From Eutreptiella sp. 'Long Island Sound 2002' (Eukaryota > Protista > Euglenida), in the NCBI GenBank assembly GCA_964036045.1, contig OZ038378.1, forward strand, positions 162,688,001-162,752,000: a stretch of DNA of 64,000 bases, in the 5' to 3' direction. Each line of letters opens with the position of its first letter. The stretch's first letter is position 1. This document shows positions 49,140 to 60,216 of this stretch, piece after piece. Position numbers and translations under genes: made by a program. The notes beneath the pieces were generated by a model. It did no database searches. It was not told the DNA's origin and saw only the letters and a program-made list of their open reading frames with translations.

Positions 49140-49600
49140 GTGTACGGCCATTTCTTGGGGTGGCCCTTGACCAACAACTCATTCACCTTTAATGCCGTCG
49201 GGGTATTATGGTACAATCGGTGTCATACTTTGGAAATTACGCCCTGCATTTAGGCTGAAATAACCAACAAATCGTATTACACGTGCCCAAAGCCAATAAT
49301 AGCTTTGGCTTCAAAAACATCTCCAAAATTGTTTGCCCCGTGGCACTATGTACTAAAGCCAACAATGTCATGCGGGTGTCAATTCCTTCACCCTCCCCTT
49401 CCACTTGTAAATCTAGCTCATACATAGTCTGATAAACACGCCATGCTGTGGACATATGCGTACACAAACCACAGAGGAAAAGGCTGTTAGAGGAAAAGGC
49501 TGCTGCGAAGTGCGCGGCACGACCCACCCTGGCTTTTCCTAGCCGACAAAATCTCCTCCTCCCACATAGACACGCGGCCTTCCTGAGGGGTATTACACAT
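49140..49600 (-). pseudogene. Palm/thumb fragment of a further PLE-like RT
   Basis: YQTMYELDLQVEGEG ~ LKAMYQIGLKWENHG, and ELLVKGHPKKW ~ the ...RYPPDW thumb motif. Confidence 0.45.
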
Positions 49601-49923
49601 TGAGGATGATTTTTGGCGATTTTTTTCAGAGCTGAAGGGGGCTTGTTTCGGGGGGAGAATGAGCGACAATCTGAGAACTTTGGGGGGGGGGCTCCGGCGA
49701 TTCCCATTCTCAAGTCCGTCATCGGGGCTGCCGGAAACCCAAATACGACCCTCTGTAACCTTGTTCTTTTCTGCTACGTGTTTGCTTGCTTGTAAGACAA
49801 CGAATCAATAGATCAACATAATTGTGATTTAATCGGCCCGTCGACAGTGTTGTATTGCCTTGTGTTTCCAACCCTTTTGGCTAGTTTTGGAAAAAGTCGT
49901 TTTTTCGTACTTTCTTTGCGTAG

Positions 49924-50200
49924 CGCCAATATGGCGCCAATTTTCACACTATGAAGACCAAGTTGGACACTGTAGCCACTGCTGCAATCTGTAAATCTAG
50001 TTGGATGACTTGTTGTAAGGTTCCAAAGTGTGACGTCATTGTGTTACAGGAAATGTATGACACAGCTCGTAAAATTGAGAACAACTTGGTAATGTATTGG
50101 TGTTTGAGTAGGAATGACAAGAAGGTTACAGACTTTCGAAAGGAGATGCAGTGTGTTCAGGATGTTGGTCTTTCTCTAGTGCTTGTGTCTTTTGCTACGG
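49924..50200 (+). pseudogene. N-terminal fragment of an APE-like (EEP) endonuclease
   Basis: ANFHTMKTKLDTV...KCDVIVLQEMYD...YWCLSRND resembles the non-LTR APE pattern NVxSLxNKLDEL...DIIxLQE...YxxxRxD. Confidence 0.45.
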
Positions 50201-52079
50201 GGGTATACGGGGGTAGCAGGGAGTGTGGGGCCACCGACCTGTGTTGGAGGGAGGGAGGGAGGCAGGGAGGGGGGGGGGGAGGGGGGGTGTCCGGCCATTC
50301 CTATTCTCAACCGAAAATTCTCACATTGTCGCATATTCTCTCCCCTTCGATCTGCGCAACATCATGTACCCGCCAAAACCGCTGTACGGTGTAACTGCTT
50401 TGTAACGTTTTTGGAAAACAACAATTTGCAAGTAGTAACAATGAGATGGGTAACCATGTCATCCCGGCGCGCTAGGGTGATTTGCCGAACTCCGAGCGTT
50501 TTCCGCCCGTGGGTCACAGTCGCGTCGATTTCTCAAGATTTTTTTGGGATCTGCAGGATTTTTCTAGATAGATCTACAGATTGAGAGCCAGGCTCTCGAT
50601 TGATGTAAAAAAATCCAGATTTGGTGGTAAATGGCGCCGCAGGTCACAGTGACGGCTCGTTTGAGCGCTACATAGCACCAAATCTTGTAAATCCTGGTTC
50701 TACGGGTAGCTACGGACCCAGGCTAGGTAGGAGGGACGGATCCTGTGGGTTTTTTCTGGTTGGGCTCTTTTTCTGCCTTGGGCACTGGTGGTACCTCGTG
50801 CTTTTCACTACGGTTTTCTTCTTTTTCCTAAGGGTGTCCATGGAAAACAGCCACCTTGGTCTTGATGAAGGACAGTTTTCTTTGTCCTTCAAGTGGACAG
50901 ATTCCACGAGTCTCTGGTTAGCTCAAAAAGATCCTTTTGTGGCTACTTCGGAAGCGACTCCTCCCCGCGCGAGGCCCGGGACGTCGTATTACGATTCTGC
51001 TCGTGGCAACAACTGATGAAGGTCAATACTGGGTACCGGAGCCGCCAGAGGCGCGTACAGCGGTGTAAGGAGGGATAGCCGGATTCTGTTGTTCCACGGA
51101 ATTTGTGGAGGGTTCTGGCCACCTGGGAAGAGGGATGACCACGCTCTTCCTTCTTTACACTTCTTAAAGGCCCTTAGGTGGAAATCGCAGAAATCCACAA
51201 ATCCACGGGGACATTATGTGGTTGGCCAAGTGGATAAGAATGCCCCCACGTGCCCCACACCCAAACCTGTGGTTACATGATGAATCGTAGCCCGTTTCAT
51301 AGATTCATCTTCATCTTCATGCGGCCCTAAGAAAAAAAGGCACCAAGACCAGTGAAATGCACAAGGTGAGCAAACAACATGAACTTAGTACATCGATGGG
51401 CAATAGACATGTGAACACAGGCACCCAACACAAAGGTGGAAAATGCCCCCCCCCCCCACTTCTACGTTGTGTGAATTGAACCGCACCACACCACAACATA
51501 ACACAACTTGACACAACATAAAACCAAACATAAGATAACACAACACGCTGGCTTGACTTCCTCCATCTCTAGTGCAGAAAGGCACAACCCAACGAAAGGT
51601 CATTGACGTCCCTCCCCTCCCGAGTTCCGTGAATACAATAAAATGATGGGCACACCTTCATTGTCCGTCCTCGAAGTAGAAGAAATGAACAACTGTAACA
51701 ACTGTAACAACAACGCACAAGAGACCGATAAGAGCAATCCGACGCCAATAAATAAGAAGTTCGAGATCCCCATGCCTAGGAAACAAAAGATTCATGACTT
51801 CCGTTTTCGTGCCGCCCCGCACGCAACCGACCGCATCAGGCACATACCTTAGCAACTTCTCATTGGTGAGGCGTGCCACCACTCGTCAACATTGTGTACC
51901 CAAGATAAACTACAGGTGGGACAACGTGACACATGAAACGTGACTCTTCCAATTCGCAGGAAGCACTAGTGGTTATGGAGAAATGGTATGGCTCCTTCAG
52001 TACCATGAACTCCTTTGATAGATGGGATGGCACGGTCCGGTGAAACCCACAAAGACAATGACAACTGCCCGCTAAAGAG

Positions 52080-54095
52080 ATGCCTGCTTGCAGGGACAGG
52101 CCATCAGAAAACAGAAAACACAGGGAGAGGACTTGGGTCGTGCGTGCTCCAGAGGACCAGGGTCTTCACCTGCTGGTATATGGGAAAGTGTGCCCAAAGA
52201 AAACTGTCATGTCGTCTGACACGAAAATGAAAATGAAAATGATGGACACACACCTCCTGCTTGATGTGATCCTAGGGCCCAAATTTAAGGTGTGGGGTTG
52301 GGGCTCATCAGTGAAGAGGGCCAAGGTGCTGGCTGTCAAAGAGATTGTTGGCCGTGCACGCCAAGAATGGGTCCTGGCACAGGCATGTTCGCTAAACCTG
52401 GGACACCCAGACCTACTCCTGGAGAGCTCAGCAGAGCAGTTTTTTGCGACCCTTCTTGACCCTGACGGTGTCACTGTACACCTGACCCCACCCCTGTGTG
52501 CCCCCACGCTCTTTTCCATGCTGAAATGGAAGTCAATTGAGACAGGTGTGCACCCCCTTATTAAACGGCGCGAAGTTATTGCCTTCTGCAACGTGCCATT
52601 GAAGAGGTATGCCCGGGTCATAGGGAGATGCCTCCAGCTTCTAGTGAAGGCCCTGTACCTTGAGTGTACGACGCTGGGGTTCCCACTTATGCTTGGGACC
52701 TGCGACTTTTCTCAGGCCTGCATCAGGTTATCCTCCCACACGTCCGCGGTCCATGTATGTGAGCAGGATATGCAGGATATGTATTGGGAGATCCCCAAAG
52801 TACAGGTGTTGGAGTCCTTCAATTGGGCTGTCAAACACCTGGGTGAACAGCGTAAACGACCTGTGTCTTTTTTTGCCATACATCGTGGTGGAGACAAAAT
52901 CCTGGACAGGCTGGGTAAGGGTTCTGAGGATATGTTCTGGAACGTCCCTGTCTCCTTTGTACTGCAATATGTCAGCTGGGAGTTGTACATGAACACCATT
53001 TTCACACTAGGGCCACTAATCTTAGAACAAGGAAGCTCAGGAGTACCCATTGGTGGCTGCCTGTCAGCACCAAAATCTGAGCTCTGGGCAATGTGGCGTG
53101 AACACATGTCTCTCTCAGAACAGACAGAAACTTTTCAGCAGGAGTGGCAAGAGGCGCTTGACGCGACAGCAGTAGGTGCAGTGTGCGTTGTACCGGGGCC
53201 GGGGCAGTTTACCCCACTGAGTGGGCAGGGAGACTTTGTTCGTTTCAGTGGGATCTGGGCGCACAGAGACAGGCAGCAGGCGCCAGACAGGTCCCCTCTG
53301 CATGGCCACACCTGCCCAGCTTCAGGTTTCTGGGCCCCCAGCGAGCAACTCGTGGCTTGGGTGCACATTGATGGGTGGGAAATTCCGTTTATATACTCCA
53401 CACCGTGGGATGGGGCTGCGCTGGGACGCACTGAGTCGATCCTGAGGTTCTCCCCAAGGAGGGATAAGCGGCTCCTGACGAATTTCTTCAGTCAGTTCAC
53501 GCTGGCTGATTTTGTCATTCACGAAATCTATTGCCCCAACCATCACACGCCTACACCCATTCCTTGTGTGTTGCTTGCGAGGTTCAAGGATAACGTGCCC
53601 ATGGCAGCGATTCATGTGCCAGAGGCAATAAAGCCGAGGCTTTTCAAAGCCCTTGAATGCTTCCTAAAGGCTATGTACCAAATAGGCCTAAAATGGGAAA
53701 ACCACGGTGACATTGCACAGCTGTGCGAGTGCGAGTTTGTGCCAGGTGAGGACGTATTCCTGAGACGAAAAGGTATTGTTCCTAACCTACAAGAGCCACT
53801 GAGACACGACTTTGAGTGGCAGAGGTGGCTGCCTGTGTCCTCCCCCAACGCCAAGCAAGTCCTGACGTCCACTTTCCCCTCATTGTTGCACAAGAGCCTC
53901 CTCTATTGTTGTAATCTGGAAGGATTCAGGATGAATGTGAGATCACTGGTGTGGGGGGCAGGATGGCACAGATATCCCCCAGACTGGTGGAAGAATTCAG
54001 TGAAAGGGTTCCTCCAGGAACTGAAACTGGTGGACTGCATCCCTTTCACTGACATAGACGAAGGTAAGGAGTTCCGTGGAGCCATGCCGACATGA
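52080..54095 (+). mobile_element. Intact 671-aa Penelope-like reverse transcriptase ORF, no endonuclease domain visible
   Basis: PLE-type motifs: RAPEDQG (~KPADKG), PTLFSMLKWK (~PxFYxLPKxHK), RREVIAF (~RPII), DMQDMYWEIP (motif A, D at 52767), QGSSGVPIGGCLSA (motif B, 53040), LARFKDNV (motif C, 53580-53594). Confidence 0.85.
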
Positions 54096-57000
54096 AGTGT
54101 ATGTATGCACAGGACGACCCAGCGTGTGTGGGTGCAGCGCGTGGGTAGGAGTAACTGTGTGTATGCGTGCGCCTGGTGTCCTAGGAATGGACTGAGCACG
54201 GTGCAAACACCTGTACTTGTGCACTGGCCCAGTCAGAAATGACCCCTGCTGCTGTATGGGAGGGCAGTTAGGGGGCCAGGGGGAGGGATAGGGTGCTGAG
54301 CTGTGTGCATGCCCCTGTGGGATCATTTTTTAAGCTCCCGAACTCATAACAGGTGCTTGTGCCGTGCATAGTCTGCTCCTATCAGAAAATGGTACTAACA
54401 GTTTTTGGCAACACCACGAAAGGGATGGGGAGAAATAGGTGAAGCATCATACACAGAAAATTTCCACATGTGTGTGTATACTAAAGCATGTGTGTAGACA
54501 TTAATGCAATGAATGCAGTGCATGCACCCTATTTCACACCCTACCATGTTCAATTGATTTTGGCTAAGGAGTTGGTGCTTGTTTGCCTGTTGGAGTAGTT
54601 GTACAGCGTAGGCCTACGATTCAGGTACTCTAGCCCACCAAGGGTCCTGGGTTACCAGACAACGTCTCCAACGATGTGCACAATGAGGACAAGCGACAAG
54701 TGACATGCACAACCAAGACGCGTTTCCTTTTCAGAGTTGGCAAAACTCAAGCCCCTAAATGACATCTTGCCGGGAAAGGAAGAAAGTAAACCCATGAGAA
54801 ATTGTCAAGAGGTGAAGGCGTGTTGACAAAGGGAACACCAATCACACGGCAATCAGCTACTAAAACAATGCAAGCAAAGGATGTTCCGTGGCGCTCTGGA
54901 TTCCAAAGATCTTGGCCTAGAAGGGTAGGGAACTCTTAGTGCCCCGTCCCCTCCCCTTCCCTTCCTCCCTCGTCTCGTTTGCTAGAGGCAGTACCACTAA
55001 CCCCTCCCTCCCCACTCCATCTTTGTGTGTGGTCGCGAGCGCCATCATTGGTCCGCGAGGTCGATCCATTTAGCGTGAAATTCAGGGAGTGTGCCGTTTC
55101 ATTCCCTTTCCTTACATATAAAATCTTCCATTGCCGTGAAGTAGCACTTCGCAACTGACGGCCACGAAAGTGCTAGAAATTTAGCATCGATCGATCCGCA
55201 TCAATATTCTCTACATAAACATATGCTTAGATCGTGCATAAACCCGAATCTACTTTATATCTAGGTGATGAATTTGGTGAGTGCGCAGCAAAGCAAAGAA
55301 AACCAATGCGGCACACGCCCAATATGTGTCGATACGGCCCCGAGAGCTCGTTTGCACTTCGTTGTTGTGGTTTGGAAAAATTCACCAGCATTCGTTTTGT
55401 TGTTTGAGGTCGTCGACGGCGACGGTGGAGCGCACATCGGGGGGCAATTCCATCCATGACGACCATCCACACACCCCCACCGTCACAAGAAGGGAGCGTC
55501 CGGGATCGTGACCTCAATTATCACGTCAATGGTACAACGGCACAAGAGGGGATTATCCGGTACCATGACGTACAATATCACATCAATGGCAGCATTACTA
55601 TTAATAGTAGTACAGACCATGCCGTGCTTATACCGGCGTATTATTGCTGGGCAACACCGTTTTGTGCAAAAATGGTGGGGAGGAGGCAATGTCACAAAGA
55701 CTTTGGCCTTAATTCCACGGAACGCCCATTTGCCAAGTATGTATGCATGCATCCAGTGAATCGTAGGGCATCTCCAACCGTCCGGTGGATTTGTTTTCCG
55801 TAGTATGGTCTCGGGAAGGAGCCATGCGCGCTTTGTTACCATTGAGGCCGCAACAAGGCGAATAGGTGTTGTTGACATTACATTTGGCGTGGGGTAGGGT
55901 GGAAGGGGGCCATCGCAAGATGCGCCTAACTGGTGGGAAACGAAACGTTGTGGAATGTGCAAGTGGTGGTTGTTTGGGGGATGGGTCGTCATTTGTTCCC
56001 GCAGAACGCCGTTTTTTTTTTGGTTGTGCGTTGCTCGCTGGTTCCATGCCGGAGCACATCATCCATTTGGTCATCCAATCATCCGATTTGTCCAAAGGTG
56101 ACCGCGCCTCGCGTGGTTGGGGTTTCACGGGAGGGCACATGCACACGCGCACGCGTGTGCGCACGCACAAGAGTAAGTGGTGGAGGAGGGTTACGGTTGG
56201 TGAGGTGGGATGTAACGAGGGAGCTTTTACAACTACCACGAGGGGGAAGGGGGAGGGGTTGCCGGCTCCATCGCTTCGACCAGTTGACTGCACTAGGTTG
56301 CTAGACATTTTGACTAGACAGCTTGGCTAGTTCAGACTCGGGGGGAACGGCCGTTGTGCCGCTTGTGCCGCCGCTAAATGGAAGGGGGGGTTCAAGGGGC
56401 GTGCCGCCGCGCCGCGCGTGCCACGGACGGGGTAACCACGATACCAATGGCGAAACCCACATACTCATCCCACCCAGGCTTCTTTTCAGAGTAATCTCGA
56501 TATGTTTCATGGGCAACAAGTTCGTCAAAGGAAAAAGCCCCCACAAAGAAATGTAATTGACCGACCATCAAACTATGCTCGGCAAGATTGGTTGCGACGC
56601 AATGCCAACGTGAAAGTGTGCCGGGATAACATCGCCGTCGATCCCTTTGGGGGTCGAGCATCCCAAAAGCAGGGAAGCCCTCAAAATGGCGGCGTAACAG
56701 CTGCCGTGCCCGGGTCCCAAGAATGTCGACTCCAATGAGGGGATAGTAAGGGGTTGTATGCCTGCACCACCCTCGTGTGCAGGTATGCAACTGGATTCTC
56801 ATTTGCAATTATTGGCGGTCGGTGTATAGCGTCTAGGTATCTGAATGTCTTCCTCGCCTAGCGGGGATGATCCAACGAATCAGGTTGCCTTCCAACTCCG
56901 CATGTCGTTGCACCACGCCTTCGCACCTTCCTATCCAAAGGCGAGATCATCGGCCGAAGGAGGGGACCCCTCTGCAAGGGGGGTGCTTATTGTGCGGCGC

Positions 57001-58028
57001 CTGCGGCGCGACCTGCGGCGGCAGTTTGGGTACCCTCCCCCCCTTTGTAATAGCCACTCCCTTGTCCAAGCTACAGGAGGCGTAGGGACCGTATTAATTT
57101 GGTACCTAATTTTAATTCGGTACAAATGCAATGCAACCACATAAGACATGGGTTTGGTGATGAATTTGCTAGTTACATAGGGTCATGGACACATTCGTTG
57201 TGAGTGTTTGAACCCACTTGAACCCACCTAGCTCTGATTTTGGGAATATTTCTTCACTATATCCCCCTTTCTTGCACCAAGTCCTCATGCAATCTACCCC
57301 ATTCTGGCCCCCCCTATACGGCAGGGGTTTTGTAGCCACTTTGATTGTGACCTTCCCTTATTACTTGTAGCAACATGGGTGTGCACCCGAAATTCCATGT
57401 TTCAAACACTTTCTTGTGTTTACATGGCTTTGGGAACGTGGGCGAAGGCTAGGGTGCACTCACTCTCGTGCGCGTCAGGAGTTGCATGCGTCAAGCCACT
57501 TATGCTCACTCCGGCGAGAGATGCCGCCCTGCGACGGACTGCTGGCTTTCTGGTGGCAACGCCGGAAAGACCGACATGGCAGCACAGTGTCCAAACGGCT
57601 GGGAGTCGGTCGACGGTAATGAGACCGAACATGCGCGCCGTCGCGCGCTCGATCTGAGCTGTCTAAGTAGCGGCGCCCAACAGTGCCGTCCGGCCGCGCC
57701 ACGGCGGCTGCAAGCTCGGCCAGAGGGACGGACACGCCATTCTGCCGACTTGAACGCGATGAGCCTCGATAATTTATCTCAGGTAATTCCAATATGATCA
57801 GATTTAGATTCCTATGGAATCTGCATCTTTAATACCAAAACCAAATGGAATCATCAACCTAACGATACCCATAATGACAAGGCCACGTGAGGGATCAGAC
57901 TTTAAGTGTGTCTCTATTCATTTTTTTGGAACTTACATTGAAATATAACCGCCCATCCCTCTACCTACGCCCTTACTTCAACATACGTTTTCAGAATAAA
58001 GAGCCTACGGTATTCTGCAGCAGCTCGG

Positions 58029-58961
58029 ATGTCCGACGAGCAGCCGCCGGCGCCAGCGCCCGCAGCGGCCCCGTTCTCGTTGTCGGCGCTGCCGGTGGCC
58101 ACAACGCAGCCGCAGCTCACGGTGGGACCCGCTTCGGAGGCTTTCATCAAGGCACTGGTCACGCACTGCCTCGAGTCGCTGTACAAGCAGCGCCACCTGA
58201 ATGACGTGGTGGGAGGGACGGCAGCATGGACACTTAACCTGGACGATCCCGAGCCGCGCCTGCGCTTCAACGACCTCGCGCTCGAAATTCAGTACCTCGG
58301 ACAGGAGACGTCCACAGGAGCATGGGTGCAGCCGTGGGCACACGTGCAGATGCGCAACGACGCTGCGCTGCTGCGAGGCTCCATAGTTCTCCGGGACAGC
58401 GTCGACATGACTGAGTTCACAGCGCCTCGGCTCAACTGCCGCACTGAGCCGCTGTGGCAGGGGCACGCCCTCGCCATGGCCGCGATCGGCCTCCAAGGCG
58501 CGCCGGCGTACTGGCGAGAGCCCACCGGCCAAGGAGCCATGTACTACACGATCTGCGAAGGGGCGCTCCCGCAGCGGCGCGCGGAGCCGGAGGAGGAGCG
58601 GGAGCGCCTCCTTGAGATCATCAACCATGGCCATGCCGCGCTGACCGAATTCGGCCTGTCGGACGAGTTTATCCCTGCCTTGTCCTCGTTCGTCGAGGGG
58701 CGCGGCGGCGAGATGGTGTCGGAAAACCGAGGCACGCAGATTGAGTACACGGTGCGTTATGGAGGCGAGAGGGTGATGGGCTTCCGAGTTGAGACCGAGG
58801 AGGAGGAGGAGGAGGGAGAGGAGGAGGAGGGAGAGGAGGAGGAGGGAGAGGAGGAGGAGGGAGAGGAGGGAGAGGAGGAGGAGTCGGAAGGTGATGGCCT
58901 TGACAGCAGCGGCGACGAGAACCCGAATCCATGTACATCTAAGAAGCAGCGAAAGAGCTAA
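58029..58961 (+). CDS. DUF6882-like protein with Glu-rich acidic tail and C-terminal basic NLS-like motif
   Basis: Intact 310-aa ORF with high GC3. WTLNL...IQYLGQE...WVQPWAH...EFTAP...GHALAMAAIGLQGAPAYWREPTGQGAMY matches my recollection of DUF6882 (W.W.WAN) proteins. Ends in E-rich repeats then SKKQRKS. Candidate acceptor ttctgcag just upstream. Confidence 0.65.
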   Translation: MSDEQPPAPAPAAAPFSLSALPVATTQPQLTVGPASEAFIKALVTHCLESLYKQRHLNDVVGGTAAWTLNLDDPEPRLRFNDLALEIQYLGQETSTGAWVQPWAHVQMRNDAALLRGSIVLRDSVDMTEFTAPRLNCRTEPLWQGHALAMAAIGLQGAPAYWREPTGQGAMYYTICEGALPQRRAEPEEERERLLEIINHGHAALTEFGLSDEFIPALSSFVEGRGGEMVSENRGTQIEYTVRYGGERVMGFRVETEEEEEEGEEEEGEEEEGEEEEGEEGEEEESEGDGLDSSGDENPNPCTSKKQRKS

Positions 58962-59628
58962 CTATTACGTTTGGGCCGCGGTACACAATTTTTGCGGATG
59001 CACCGCGGTTTGTGCTGTCGCCATCACCATCCACATGCGTAGTCCCAGCTACAGGTATCACAATCTGTGGCGCTGCAAAATTTGAGGGCATTGCAGTACC
59101 GTGCACCTGAGTTCTTGATTTCGTAGTGCTCACGTCTATTTAGGTGGCGAGACAGCCGGCTGGTGCAATCCATCGCCCCATGCAACAATGGTGCCACCCT
59201 CCGGAGATGAGTATCCGGTCACGCATCTCACATCCCATATTGGTGAAAGTGTGGTGACGGAACTAGGAGGTGTACACAGTGTGGGAGGGTCCGCACACCT
59301 AGTACAGCGGAGTACTTGCTTCGCTGCTGCTTGCTTCTCCACCGGCCCCAGCACCGGAGGCCAAGAATGGTGGTCCCAAATAACAACCAGATCGCCGCCG
59401 CAAGCTTGCAGCAAGAGTGCTAGGTGATATAGGGTAGCTGCTCATACTTGAGTAGCGCCCGAAGAAACTTCTGCAGCTCGATAACCCCACCCGGTACCAC
59501 CGCTGTTTTGCTTGTTTTGCCCCGATCCACTGCCCCGCTCGCCGTCCCCGGCCTCCCCACCCTCTGTCACCCCTGCGGCCCTCCCTCACAGTCCACGCAC
59601 ACACTCACAATGCAGCAAAGCAGCATAA

Positions 59629-60216
59629 TACAAAACAAGCAATAGGGTAGTCCATCTAGCTGAGGTGGGCTTGATTTTGCACCATTTTGATGGCTTTGAA
59701 TCGAAAGGCCGCGAGTGGCAACCCTGCGACAAGCATGGCAACGGGCCTCGCTGCGGCAACAACGAGATTGCAGGTCGTATGTCGTGCTCCATTTCGTGGG
59801 CCGGGCTGCACCAGAGGGCTGATCGAGTCGCCATCACACTCATGAACAACAACGGTGGCATCATCGTTCGCCCAAGCGAGGTATCCTTGGACTGCCTGTA
59901 CGCCGTCGACGGCAATACGGCATCGTTCAACGGAGCTATCAGTCCTGGCTGTTCTAGCGCTTTCAGTTGGTGCGATCCCAAGAACCCGCTGGATCAAAAT
60001 GGTTTACCATCGTGCGGCTTCCGGCAGCAGGGCCGTGCGTTTCGGCCCGAAAATCTAAAGGAGGCGCGCCTCTGTCTGCCGCGGAGCGATTTAGACGCCC
60101 AAAGCGCTGATGAGTCACGCGTGTCCTGCGGACAGGCGCTCCAGCTGTACGCGCAGTACGGTGCACCCTATCAGACACCAAGCTTCAATTCGGGCTACAA
60201 TGAGGTCACAGATTGA
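59629..60216 (+). CDS. Cys-rich uncharacterised protein (exon or truncated gene) resembling a haptophyte-expanded family
   Basis: The frame is open from 59629: LAEVGLILHHFDG...WQPC...RMSCSI...DRVAI...GGIIVRP...LDCLYAVDG...WCD...C...SGYNEV. No in-frame ATG start. Confidence 0.5.
   Translation, partial: YKTSNRVVHLAEVGLILHHFDGFESKGREWQPCDKHGNGPRCGNNEIAGRMSCSISWAGLHQRADRVAITLMNNNGGIIVRPSEVSLDCLYAVDGNTASFNGAISPGCSSAFSWCDPKNPLDQNGLPSCGFRQQGRAFRPENLKEARLCLPRSDLDAQSADESRVSCGQALQLYAQYGAPYQTPSFNSGYNEVTD

Noticed and set aside
55141-55175. Hammerhead-ribozyme-like string (tagcact...ctgacggccacgaaagtgcta)
   Set aside because: The core reads CUGACGG rather than CUGANGA, and there is no room for stems I and II. 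I found no convincing hammerhead elsewhere by eye.
56392-56520. KKPGWDEY resembling a dCMP deaminase N-terminus
   Set aside because: No HAE or PCxxC zinc motifs follow, and the frame ends soon after.
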